In this document: positions 38,366-47,551 of the stretch, one piece after another
Layout of the letters: each line of letters opens with the position of its first letter
How positions within the stretch are numbered: position 1 is the stretch's first letter
From: an uncultured delta proteobacterium
GTDB taxonomy: Bacteria > Desulfobacterota > Binatia > HRBIN30 > BPIQ01
Direction of reading: 5' to 3'
Assembly: GCA_963761335.1 (NCBI GenBank)
Contig: CAVXGR010000005.1
Span: 160,001-224,000, forward strand
Length of the DNA stretch: 64,000 bases
Position numbers and translations under genes: made by a program
The notes under the pieces: model-generated
The model's input: only the letters and a program-made list of their open reading frames with translations
What the model was told of the DNA's origin: nothing
The model's database searches: none

Positions 38366-39003
38366 ATGCGAGTCCACGAGCGACTGTTCATTGGCGGCGA
38401 CTGGGTGGAGGCGGCGGGTACGGCGGCGATCGAGGTGATCTCGCCGCACACGAAAGAGGTGATTGCGCGCGTGCCGGATGGCTGCGAGGCGGACTTCGAT
38501 CGGGCCGTCGGCGCGGCACGCGAGGCGTTCGATGACGGCGAGTGGCCGCGGATGCCGGCGGCACAGCGGGCCGACTTCATGGCCAAACTGCTGAGCCTGC
38601 TGCAGGAGCGCTCTGCGGAGCTGGCGACCACCATCACCAGCGAGATGGGATCTCCGATCTCCTTCTCGCACCTCGGGCAGGTCATGGCGTCGAGCATGGT
38701 GCTCGACTACTACGTCGGGCTCGCCCGGGACTGGCGGTGATTCCCTACGATGACGTCGAAGACGCGATTCGCATCGGCAACGATTCGGACTATGGGCTCT
38801 CCGGATCGGTGTGGTCGAGTGACGTCGAGGCCGGCCTCGACATCGCGCGGCGCATTCGCACCGGCACGTACACGGTCAACGGGTTCGCCATGGAGCTCGG
38901 CGCGCCGTTCGGCGGCTTCAAGAGCTCCGGCCTCGGGCGCGAGCTCGGCCCGGAGGGCCTGGCGGCCTATCTGGAGCCGAAGCAGATCAATCTGCCGATG
39001 GGA
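38366..39003 (+). pseudogene. Aldehyde dehydrogenase pseudogene with large internal deletion
   Basis: ALDH N-terminus (LFIGGDWV...ITSEMGSP) joined out of frame at about 38731 to an ALDH C-terminus (LAVIPYDD...PFGGFKSSGLGRELG); catalytic core missing. Confidence 0.85.
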
Positions 39004-39031
39004 CGACGTGCGGCCGCGGCGCTGACGCAGA

Positions 39032-39082
39032 GTAGAAGCGGCGTCCCGGGGCTTTTCCGAAGCGGCGAGACGCCGCTTCTAC
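39032..39082. repeat. REP doublet (REPIN-like), family A
   Basis: GTAGAAGCGGCGTCCCGGGGCTTTTCCGAAGCGGCGAGACGCCGCTTCTAC. Confidence 0.82.
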
Positions 39083-39115
39083 CCTGTTCGCGTGCCGGTA
39101 CTCGTCTTTCGCTCT

Positions 39116-40645
39116 TCAGGTGCGCGGCCCGAGGTTGACCCAGACGCTCTTGATCTGCGTGTAGAGATCCAGCGCCGCCTTTCCCATCTCGCGGCCGAAG
39201 CCACTCTGCTTGTAGCCGCCGAACGGCGAGGCGGCGTCGAAGACGTTGTAGCAGTTGATCCACACGGTGCCCGCCTTGAGCGTCTCCGCCATGCGGTGCG
39301 CCTTCTGGATGTCTCGTGTCCACACGGCGGCGGCCAAGCCGTACGTGGTGTCGTTTCCCGCAGCCGCGACCTCCTCGACGTCCTTGAAGGGAATGGCGCA
39401 GACGACCGGTCCGAAGATCTCCTCGCGGGTGATCTTCATGTCCGCACTCACGTCGGTGAACACCGTCGGCTGCACGAAGTAGCCCTTGCGCAGATTCTTG
39501 GGACGGCCGCCGCCGGCTGCGGCCCGGGCGCCCTCCTTCTGCCCGGCGGCCAGGTAGCCGGTCACCCGTTCGTATTGCTCGCTCGACACCAGAGGACCCA
39601 TCTCGGTCGACGGGTCCATGCCGGGGCCGAGCTTGATCTTCTCGGAGAACTCGACCAGACGCGGCATGAGCTTGTCGTACGCCTTCTGCTCGATGAACAG
39701 GCGCGAGCCGGCGCAGCAGCACTGACCGTGATTGAAGAAGATCGCCGAGGCGGCGCCGACGGCGGCCTCGTCGAGATCGGCGTCGGCGAAGACGATGTTC
39801 GGCGACTTGCCACCGAGCTCCAGGGAGACCCGCTTCAGGTTGCCTGCGGCCGCCTTCATGATCAGCCGGCCGACCTCGGTCGAGCCAGTGAAGGCGACCT
39901 TGTCGAGGTCCGGATGCGCGGCGATTGCGGCGCCCGCGGTCTCGCCCATGCCGGTGACGATGTTGACCACGCCGGGCGGAATCCCGGCCTCGTCGAGGAG
40001 CTCGCCGAGACGCAGTGCGGAGAGCGGCGTCTGCTCGGCGGGCTTCAGCACCACCGTGTTGCCGCACGCCAGTGCCGCTCCCAGCTTCCACGCCGCCATC
40101 AGCAGGGGAAAGTTCCAGGGGATGATCTGGCCGACCACGCCGACCGGCTCGCGCAAGGAGTAGTTGAGGAAGCGCTGGCCGGGAATGGAGACGGGGATCG
40201 TCTCGCCCTCGACCTTGGTTGCCCAGCCGGCGTAGTAGCGGAAGTGGTCGACGACCAGCGGGATGTCGGCGACCCGGGCGACGGTCAGGGGCTTGCCGTT
40301 GTCGAGGGTCTCGAGCTGCGCGAACTCCTCGCTGTGCGCCTCGATGAGATCGGCGAGCTTCCAGATCGCACGGCCGCGATCGGAGGGTGTCATGCGGCGC
40401 CACGGACCGGTCTCGAAGGCGCGGCGCGCGGCGCGCACGGCGCGGTCGACGTCTTCCTTGTCCCCTGCCGGGACCTCCGCCAGCGGCTCCTCGGTTGCCG
40501 GGTCGTAGGTGATGAAGGTCTTGCCGGACGCCGCTTCGACCCACTTTCCGTCGATCAGCATGCGCCGGGCGCGTCCACTCACGAACTGCTGCACCCCGGG
40601 ATCGATACTGGCGCCGTATGCCGACTGCGCGCTCGCTTGCTCCAT
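39116..40645 (-). CDS. Aldehyde dehydrogenase (ALDH1/2-like)
   Basis: 'IPWNFP', 'FTGSTEVG', 'LELGGKSP', 'HGQCCCAG', 'EEIFGPV', '[12 protein letters not shown]'. Confidence 0.95.
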   Translation of the reverse strand: MEQASAQSAYGASIDPGVQQFVSGRARRMLIDGKWVEAASGKTFITYDPATEEPLAEVPAGDKEDVDRAVRAARRAFETGPWRRMTPSDRGRAIWKLADLIEAHSEEFAQLETLDNGKPLTVARVADIPLVVDHFRYYAGWATKVEGETIPVSIPGQRFLNYSLREPVGVVGQIIPWNFPLLMAAWKLGAALACGNTVVLKPAEQTPLSALRLGELLDEAGIPPGVVNIVTGMGETAGAAIAAHPDLDKVAFTGSTEVGRLIMKAAAGNLKRVSLELGGKSPNIVFADADLDEAAVGAASAIFFNHGQCCCAGSRLFIEQKAYDKLMPRLVEFSEKIKLGPGMDPSTEMGPLVSSEQYERVTGYLAAGQKEGARAAAGGGRPKNLRKGYFVQPTVFTDVSADMKITREEIFGPVVCAIPFKDVEEVAAAGNDTTYGLAAAVWTRDIQKAHRMAETLKAGTVWINCYNVFDAASPFGGYKQSGFGREMGKAALDLYTQIKSVWVNLGPRT

Positions 40646-40732
40646 GGGAAGTCCTCCTTTGGCCGCGTTCGAGATCGTGACAGAGGCTGGATGTGCAAAG
40701 ATGTCTATTCTCCTGCGAAGCCGAGTGCAACG

Positions 40733-40757
40733 CTGGGAGCGCGGCCGTCCCGGCCGC
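40733..40757. repeat. REP-like palindrome, family B
   Basis: CTGGGAGCGCGGCCGTCCCGGCCGC, identical to 38277-38301. Confidence 0.75.
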
Positions 40758-40867
40758 AAGTGGCAGTTGGATGCTTTTGAATGCTTACCGAGGAGGTGGC
40801 CAAAATCTCGCCTTGACTGAGGTGAATGTCCGGGAGGACAATTGTTTCAATTGCAAAGGGGGGAGTC

Positions 40868-41653
40868 ATGAACCTTTTCGGAAGCGGGACGTTTCGGAGG
40901 GTGAGGTGGGCGCGGCGAGTCGGGGTCGCGGCGACCGCGGTGGCGCTGCTCGCACCGGTGGTCGGCACGGCGGCGACCAAGTGCAAGGCGAAGGTCGACC
41001 CGACGGATGGAACCATCAACGTCATTGCCAAGACCGTCGTCGGCACGCTCAAGTGGGGAAGCACTTCCGGCAATGCCACGCAGACTTTCGTCAATGGCGG
41101 TACCTGCGTCGCCAATGGCAAGGCCAAAAAATGCCAGATGGGTACCCCGGGCTCGCCCGCAGCGATCACGCCGCCGGAGCTCTGCCGGCTGTACCTGAAG
41201 GACGACGGCAGCGACCCCGAGTGCAGCGGCTACATCAAGGGGTGCACGCCCGGGCCGCGCAGCGCCGCGCCGGCGCTGGTCCTGAAGGACAGCAGCGACG
41301 TCACCATCGGCCGACTGCTCACCGAGCAACTGGTCGTCGTCGATATCGGCACACAGCTTCTCGGCCTGGCGGTGGCAGGGTACGGGTTCACCACGGGGCC
41401 GTCGATCTATTACACGGGCGCAGGTTGTACTGGGGATGCTTTCATGTTCGAGGACGGACCGCTGCAGATGGCCAGCGTGATCGGCGGAACCGCCTATTAT
41501 CCGGAGGGCGCGACCGAGGTTGTGAACTGGGTCTCCTACGGCGACAGCTCCGGGTGCTACTCGTCCATCCCCGACACCTACAACATGGTGCCCGTCGCCA
41601 CCCTGGATGTGAGCTCCTACGTCCCGCCCTTTCACGCCGCCTACGAGCCGTGA
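40868..41653 (+). CDS. Secreted Cys-containing hypothetical protein
   Basis: GGGAG RBS, signal peptide, paired cysteines. Confidence 0.7.
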   Translation: MNLFGSGTFRRVRWARRVGVAATAVALLAPVVGTAATKCKAKVDPTDGTINVIAKTVVGTLKWGSTSGNATQTFVNGGTCVANGKAKKCQMGTPGSPAAITPPELCRLYLKDDGSDPECSGYIKGCTPGPRSAAPALVLKDSSDVTIGRLLTEQLVVVDIGTQLLGLAVAGYGFTTGPSIYYTGAGCTGDAFMFEDGPLQMASVIGGTAYYPEGATEVVNWVSYGDSSGCYSSIPDTYNMVPVATLDVSSYVPPFHAAYEP

Positions 41654-41674
41654 GGTCGGCCGTATCGCCGAAGC

Positions 41675-42514
41675 CTACGGGCGGCCGAGGATGAGCTGGC
41701 GCGCGTAATTGCGCAGCGCCCGGAGGCGAAGGGCACGCGGCTCGCGCAAGGCGCCGGGCTTCACCGGGTGATACAGCTTGTTCCGGCGCCAGCCGGCCGC
41801 AGCGCGGGCCGGTCGGTAACGCACGGTACCGAACCCGCCGACGCCGAAGCTGCGGCTGGTGTAGAAGCGATTCTTCCCGCCCGGCAGCGCGAAGGGGCTG
41901 TTGCCGCCGAAATCCAGCAGGGCATAGCCACCGTGGTGCAGCAACGTCGGGAGAGTCACCTCCGAGTGGCCGCGCCAGCCGTCGATAAACGACTCGTGCA
42001 GGAAGCGCAGGGCGCGGTTCGAGATTCGATAGATCACGTTGAAGGAGCGCCACCACTCGTTGCGCGGTATGGCGAGATGGGGATGGTGCAAGCTGTCCCA
42101 CCAGTACCAGCGAGGCTCATCGGCGAATCGGCGCAGGTGACAGGTGATCAGGTCGTGGGGGTGGGGCGCAAATGCGCTGAGCAGCGCTTCCCATGCCCCG
42201 GTGTAGCGGACGTCGTACTCGACGACCCAGTAATGATCGTGCTCTGGATGCGCCAGGAAGAAGTCCAGGACCGGGAAGTGGCAGTGTGTCATCAGGCCCT
42301 GACCGGGAAGCCGCGCGTAGCCCCGCCCGAACAAGGCGCTCTCGTCGAAGACGTGGCACCGGTAGCGTGCGGCCAGCGCCGCGGCGCCGGGCGTCTGCGC
42401 GTCGAGCAGCAGCCAGACCTCGGGCATGCCCGGGCCGTCGATGCGGTAGAGCTTTTCGAACTCGGCTTGCAGATCCGCATTCCAGACGTGCGTCATCCAG
42501 AGCAGCGCGCTCAT
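41675..42514 (-). CDS. DUF3405-like putative glycosyltransferase
   Basis: 'HYWVVEYDVRYTG.W', C-terminal 'LYHPVK'; coupled to upstream FAD oxidoreductase. Confidence 0.6.
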   Translation of the reverse strand: MSALLWMTHVWNADLQAEFEKLYRIDGPGMPEVWLLLDAQTPGAAALAARYRCHVFDESALFGRGYARLPGQGLMTHCHFPVLDFFLAHPEHDHYWVVEYDVRYTGAWEALLSAFAPHPHDLITCHLRRFADEPRWYWWDSLHHPHLAIPRNEWWRSFNVIYRISNRALRFLHESFIDGWRGHSEVTLPTLLHHGGYALLDFGGNSPFALPGGKNRFYTSRSFGVGGFGTVRYRPARAAAGWRRNKLYHPVKPGALREPRALRLRALRNYARQLILGRP

Positions 42515-43899
42515 TGGATTCCCCTTGTCGGCTCTGCGGTGGAACCGCGGCGCCTCGCCTCGTCCTCGACCGCCGCCTTACCGTCCAGAATGGCGTGGTC
42601 CATGTTGAGGTACTCCCATGACCCGAAGCGTCCCCGCGGGCTGATCTGCCAGCGGGCCAGCTCGGCGCGGATGCGTTGGGTATGCTCGCGATGGCGCAGG
42701 TCGTAGATGATGTACGCCGGGCTCAGGCTGACCACCTCGGCCACGCGCACCCGGCCGCCTCTCGCGACCGGGCGTGCCTCTGGCGCGGTCAGCACGCCGA
42801 TTGTCGTCAGGCCGGCCAGCGCCTGCTCGACCAGCGCGGCTCGATCGCAGGGTCGATGGACCGATTCGCTGATCTCGACCTGGATCGAGCTGCAACCGGG
42901 GGGCACCATCCACTCCGCGAAGTTGCTCGGCAGGCTGAGGCGGTGAAAGATCGTATGGTCCTCCGGCAGGTAGACCCAGTGCATCGACCCGAGCGGAGCG
43001 CTGACGTGTCCGACGAGTCCGATATTGACCGTGTGCACGGTGTTGTACTTGAGCTGCGCCGCGGATTGTCGAATCGGGAGCGAAACGGCGTCGTCCAACA
43101 TTGCCACCAGCGCCGGCATCGGAGTGGAGGCGATCAACCGGCCGTAGCCGACCCGCCCCCCATCCGCCAACACGATTTCGCGACGCGCCGCATCGACGGC
43201 GACGACCTCGGCGTTGAGCCACAGCCGCTCGGGCGGGATGTGAGAGGCGAAGGCGCGTGCCAGTGCCTGGATGCCGCCGGCGAGTGGATACCAGAACTCG
43301 CGATTCGCGCCGTAGCGTTCCGCGCTCGGTGCCGTCGCTCCGCGTTGCACCTCTTCCAGGGTCGGCACCGCCACGCGGCCATCGATCCATTCGTAGCTCA
43401 TCTCCCGCAGGTCCCAGGCCCACTGGCGCCGGTTGTAAGGGATCATGAAATGATCGGCGATGCCTCGGCCGTACGTCCGCTCAATCCACTCCTCGAAATC
43501 GGCCGGCGGAGCCCCATGCTCCGCCGCGGCTCGGGCCGCGGCGAGGCCCGCGAGGTTCTTCTCGATCACCTGCGGCGGTAGGCCGTAGTTGTTCAGCTGA
43601 TACGGGTACTCGGTGTAGACGCCTGCCGTGTAGCAGTAGCTGCGGCGGACCTGCTTGCAGGTGTTGCCGCGGAGGAGGCGATTGCACACCAGGTCGGCGA
43701 CGTAGGCATCCGTCGAGTAGAGGATATGGATGGCATGATCGAACGAGAAGCCGTCGTAGGTCACCGTGCGCGCCAGGCCGCCGACCTCGCCGGCGCGCTC
43801 CACGAGCAGGTAGTCCGCCTCACCCCTTCCCTCGAGGTGATAGGCGGCCGACAGCCCGCAGAGTCCGGCGCCGAGAATGACGGTTTGGTAGCGCCGCAT
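42511..43899 (-). CDS. FAD-dependent oxidoreductase (UDP-galactopyranose mutase-like)
   Basis: 'GAGLCGL', 'FMIPYN...W', 'FWYP..GG', 'GRFGSWEYLNMDHAI..G'. Confidence 0.85.
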   Translation of the reverse strand: MRRYQTVILGAGLCGLSAAYHLEGRGEADYLLVERAGEVGGLARTVTYDGFSFDHAIHILYSTDAYVADLVCNRLLRGNTCKQVRRSYCYTAGVYTEYPYQLNNYGLPPQVIEKNLAGLAAARAAAEHGAPPADFEEWIERTYGRGIADHFMIPYNRRQWAWDLREMSYEWIDGRVAVPTLEEVQRGATAPSAERYGANREFWYPLAGGIQALARAFASHIPPERLWLNAEVVAVDAARREIVLADGGRVGYGRLIASTPMPALVAMLDDAVSLPIRQSAAQLKYNTVHTVNIGLVGHVSAPLGSMHWVYLPEDHTIFHRLSLPSNFAEWMVPPGCSSIQVEISESVHRPCDRAALVEQALAGLTTIGVLTAPEARPVARGGRVRVAEVVSLSPAYIIYDLRHREHTQRIRAELARWQISPRGRFGSWEYLNMDHAILDGKAAVEDEARRRGSTAEPTRGIQ

Positions 43900-44113
43900 C
43901 GTCGATCACGTTGGATTGATGAGCGCGCCGTTTATCTGGGCAATCAGCCCGTTGCAACCCCTGCGCCGTGATGTCAATCGGTGCCGTGGTCGCGGGGCTC
44001 AGTCGGCAAGTTTCAGCAGCGCCACGAAGTCCGCGGCGCTGTCCTCGAGGGTGCGGTGTGTCTCGAGCATCGGATCGCCCGAAGAGCAGGACGAAGATGA
44101 GGCGGGGGACGGA

Positions 44114-45253
44114 CTATCCGGTTGTGCTCGGCGTGCCCATCCGGCGCAACCAACGGAAGTGCGATACCACGCCGGCGCGGAAGGAGGTGTGCTCGCGGTA
44201 TCTCACGCCGTACTCTCGACATGTCGCCTCCACGAGCTTCGAGATGGCCGGGTAATTGGCGTGGCAGATGCGGGGAAACAGATGGTGCTCGATCTGAAAG
44301 TTCAGACCGCCCAAGAGCCACGCCGCCGTCCGGCTGCGCCGCGCGAAGTCGACGCTGGTCTCCACCTGATGGATGGCCCAGGCGTTGTCGATGCACCCCG
44401 TGTCTTCCCGCGGCAACGGGAACTCGGCCTCCTCCACGCAGTGAGCGAGCTGAAACACGACACTCAGCAGCATACCCGTCACCAGCGCCACGACGCCGTA
44501 GAACAACGCCACGACCCAGGCGGCGTGAAGCAGCAGGGGAATCCCGAATGCCAGGGCGAAGAAGATCGCCTTGCCGCTGACGAAGATGACCAGGTCCCAG
44601 CCCTGCGGACGCGGAAATCGATGCGTGCCGATCCGCCCGCTGATGACGTCGCGGAAATCGCCGACGAAGTGCCACTTGACAACCATCAACCCGTAGAGCG
44701 GCCAGAGGTACCAGTGCTGCCACCGGTGAAACCTGAACCGCCGCTGATGCGGGGTCAGGCGACCGAGGCCGCCGAGGTCGATGTCGTTGTCGTGGCCCGT
44801 GATGTTGACGTAGGTGTGATGGACGACGCCGTGCTTCCAGTGCCAGTGGTAGGAGCTGCCGCCGATCAAGTCCAGCGTCATTGCCATTATCTTGTTGACC
44901 CAGGCATGGTCTGAATAGGCCTGATGCCCGCCGTCGTGCTGAACGTTGAAGCCGATCGACGCCGTCGCCAGCCCGAGCAGAATCGCCAGCGGCAGGGCTT
45001 GCCACCACGCGTGGGCCGCGAACACCAACAGCACGTACGAGGCGCTGAAGGCCGCAAAGAGGATCGCCGTCTTCAGGTACATCCGGGGACAATCGCGTTT
45101 GCGCCGCCCGGTGCTGCGGAAGAACTCGTCGACCCGTCGCCGTAGCTCGCGCTGGAAGTCGCTCGTCCCGGCGAAGACCAGCCGTCCGCCAGTCGCCACG
45201 GCCGGATACGCCGGCGCCGCCCGGCTCGCTGATGATCGAGCCTTCGACTTCAT
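44114..45253 (-). CDS. Membrane fatty acid (acyl-CoA) desaturase
   Basis: His boxes HDGGH, H..HH (KHGVVHHTY), QIEHHLFP. Confidence 0.93.
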   Translation of the reverse strand: MKSKARSSASRAAPAYPAVATGGRLVFAGTSDFQRELRRRVDEFFRSTGRRKRDCPRMYLKTAILFAAFSASYVLLVFAAHAWWQALPLAILLGLATASIGFNVQHDGGHQAYSDHAWVNKIMAMTLDLIGGSSYHWHWKHGVVHHTYVNITGHDNDIDLGGLGRLTPHQRRFRFHRWQHWYLWPLYGLMVVKWHFVGDFRDVISGRIGTHRFPRPQGWDLVIFVSGKAIFFALAFGIPLLLHAAWVVALFYGVVALVTGMLLSVVFQLAHCVEEAEFPLPREDTGCIDNAWAIHQVETSVDFARRSRTAAWLLGGLNFQIEHHLFPRICHANYPAISKLVEATCREYGVRYREHTSFRAGVVSHFRWLRRMGTPSTTG

Positions 45254-45380
45254 ATGGAGCCACTCGCCTCCCGCGGCGACATGTCGGTCTCTATGCATGC
45301 AAGCATGTGGCCGAGCCTCTCACATACCCCGGCCAGCCTCCCTTATAGCAACGGCGTGGTCGCCAGCGAATCTCGGAAAA

Positions 45381-46583
45381 CTACGCGCGTAGTTCGACGC
45401 GGGCACTACCAGGGGGGGGCAGGGGACCGGGATCGCCGAGCCAGGCGGTCACGACGCCGCAGGCCAAATCGAGATTGCCCATCTGGCAATGCTGGTCTGC
45501 GTGCTCCGCCTTGGTGAAGGTGCGGACCGCAACCGAGCGAGCCGCGGTGAGGGCGCTGGCTTGCGCCCGGGTCAGGGCGGGAGGTTGGAAGGCGTCGTGC
45601 TCGCCGCATAGCAACAGGACGTCTTGTTTGACGCGGTGGCTCGCCAGGTGGGTCGCGTTCATCCCGAGGAACCAGTCGACGGCGTCCATCGGGTCGTCGC
45701 CATCGACGAGGTACAGCGCCTGGTCGACCACTTGTCGGAGCATGGGGATCAGCCGGGTACGCACGCGGACGTTCCAACGCATGAAGCGCCGGCGTCGCAA
45801 CATCGCTCGCGTAACACCGCGTAGCACTCCGGGGACGCGCTGGAGCCAGTCGTACACCGGCGGCCAGGACACGACGCGGTCGATGCGCGGTTCGCGACCC
45901 GCCGCCCGCAAGGCCCAGTAGCCGCCCATCGAGATGCCGACCAGGGCCGCCGAGTCGAGCCGGAAGTGATCCAGGACGGCCCCGACCGGCTTCTCCCAGT
46001 CGTGGTCGAAGGTGAGCCCGCTCAGGGCGCGCGCCCCTCCTTGCCCGGGGCCCTCGAAGGCGATGACGTCGAACCCCGCCGCGGCGATGCGCTGCCAGAT
46101 GGCGAAGAACTCCTCGATCAGCGAGTCGAACCCGCCATGGAGGAGCACGGTCCCCCGGGACGGCCCGCCCAGCGCCGGGTACGAATACGCGGGCAAGGTG
46201 GCACCGGCATACGCGACGTTCCGGCGCACCACGCCGTCGCCCCCGAACGCCGCATCGAAGAGCTGCCGATACCGGCGGTAGCGCGGCACCTTCTCTGTGG
46301 AGCGGGGCGGGGTGAAGAACTCGGCCACCCGGAGATAGCTGGTCGCGTTCCGGAGCCTGCCATCCCGCTCTGCCTGCCCGGACAGCGCCTCGAATGCCGC
46401 AACGCAGTCCTCCTCGGAGCGAATCCTCGCCGCCGCCCGACGTAGCTCGTCCGGCTCGGCGTAACCGAGCGCGTAGGCCCGATTGATCTGGTAGTTGAAG
46501 AACGAGCGGCGGTGGAACCTCTCGAATCCCACAGGAAACTTCGCCAACCCCGAATCCCTGTGCTCTTCCGTGCGCTGCTGCAT
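45381..46583 (-). CDS. Alpha/beta hydrolase
   Basis: 'HGGFDS..EE', 'FEGPGQG', nucleophile 'GISMGG', 'HCQMGN'. Confidence 0.88.
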   Translation of the reverse strand: MQQRTEEHRDSGLAKFPVGFERFHRRSFFNYQINRAYALGYAEPDELRRAAARIRSEEDCVAAFEALSGQAERDGRLRNATSYLRVAEFFTPPRSTEKVPRYRRYRQLFDAAFGGDGVVRRNVAYAGATLPAYSYPALGGPSRGTVLLHGGFDSLIEEFFAIWQRIAAAGFDVIAFEGPGQGGARALSGLTFDHDWEKPVGAVLDHFRLDSAALVGISMGGYWALRAAGREPRIDRVVSWPPVYDWLQRVPGVLRGVTRAMLRRRRFMRWNVRVRTRLIPMLRQVVDQALYLVDGDDPMDAVDWFLGMNATHLASHRVKQDVLLLCGEHDAFQPPALTRAQASALTAARSVAVRTFTKAEHADQHCQMGNLDLACGVVTAWLGDPGPLPPPGSARVELRA

Positions 46584-46623
46584 ACCTGCGGCCGACCCGT
46601 TGGACCCACTATACAGACACTTC

Positions 46624-47220
46624 TCAGTACGCCACTCGCTGGCGCAGGTCGATGGGCGGCGGAAAGATCTGCCCCTGCTTCGGCGGCATCGAGTTGTACA
46701 CCCAGTCGATGTCGAGGACCCCGACACGCGCGCCGGCGGCGCGCCGGTAGCCGGCGAAGGCGCCGACGAACCCCGGCTGCAGCCCCGGCTCCCCGCCGGA
46801 AACCGTCACGCCGCCGCCCGAGGCCTCGAAGTAGCTGCGATCGCGCACCATCTCGGCCAGCAGGTCGTCGAGCTGCCAGCGGCTGCCGATCAGCTCGAGG
46901 GCTGTCGTCGGACACTCCTCGACGCAGCGGCCGCAGAACGTGCAGCGCTCGAAGTCGATCTCGACGACGCCGGTGTTCCGGCGGACGGCTTTCTCCGGGC
47001 AGACGGCGACGCAGCCGGCGGCGCCGATGCACTTCCAGTCGTGCCAGACGAGCTCCGCCGTGCGCGACATGGCTTCCGGGTTGTGGCACCAGGCGCACTC
47101 CAGGCTGCATCCCTTCAGGAACACGGTCGTGCGCAGACCCGGCCCGTCCTCCGTGGACATGCGCTGCAAGCTGACCACGGTGGCGCTGCGCTCGAAATCG
47201 TCGACGGCCGGTTGTGGCAT
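46624..47220 (-). pseudogene. Truncated glycyl-radical enzyme activase
   Basis: 'EDGPGLRTTVFLKGCSLECAWCHNPE', ferredoxin insert, 'GGGVTVSGGEP', then homology stops; C-terminal barrel absent. Confidence 0.8.
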
Positions 47221-47245
47221 GGGCGAAGGTCCCCCGTTCTGCGCC

Positions 47246-47342
47246 TCAGAATCGGCAGTGGCTCTCGCGCGCAATGATCTCGTCCCGCAGCTCGCGGCCG
47301 ATACCGGTGAAATTGGCGTTGTAGCCGGTGACGCGCACCAGA
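47246..47342 (-). pseudogene. Remnant C-terminus of a glycyl radical enzyme
   Basis: Manual translation: LVRVTGYNANFTGIGRELRDEIIARESHCRF*, matching the GRE 'VRVxGY' glycyl motif; no upstream body. Confidence 0.75.
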
Positions 47343-47496
47343 CAGGAGAGGTAGGGCGTCGGGCAGAACGTTGCCCGGATGCTTTCTGTCACCTCGTATC
47401 AGAGCCACACAGCGGGCGATGATGTGGCGTGTCTGCTCGGCGTAGGCGCTCCAAAACTGCTCCCAGGATTTGAACCTCGTGGGATCCCCGGTGCGG

Positions 47497-47534
47497 GCGC
47501 CGTCCCGCCGCTTCTACTTGGCCGGCGAGCCGCG
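47497..47534. repeat. Partial family A REP
   Basis: GCGCCGTCCCGCCGCTTCTACTTGGCCGGCGAGCC. Confidence 0.6.
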
Positions 47535-47551
47535 CCGATCAGGGTCGCGCC

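Noticed and set aside
40813..40853. TTGACT...GACAAT promoter and CAATTG-TTT-CAATTG palindrome
   Set aside because: Spacing is suboptimal and there is no independent support.
43999..44079. Short minus-strand stretch reading GDPMLETHRTLEDSAADFVALLKLAD*
   Set aside because: Could be another gene remnant, but it is too short to assign.
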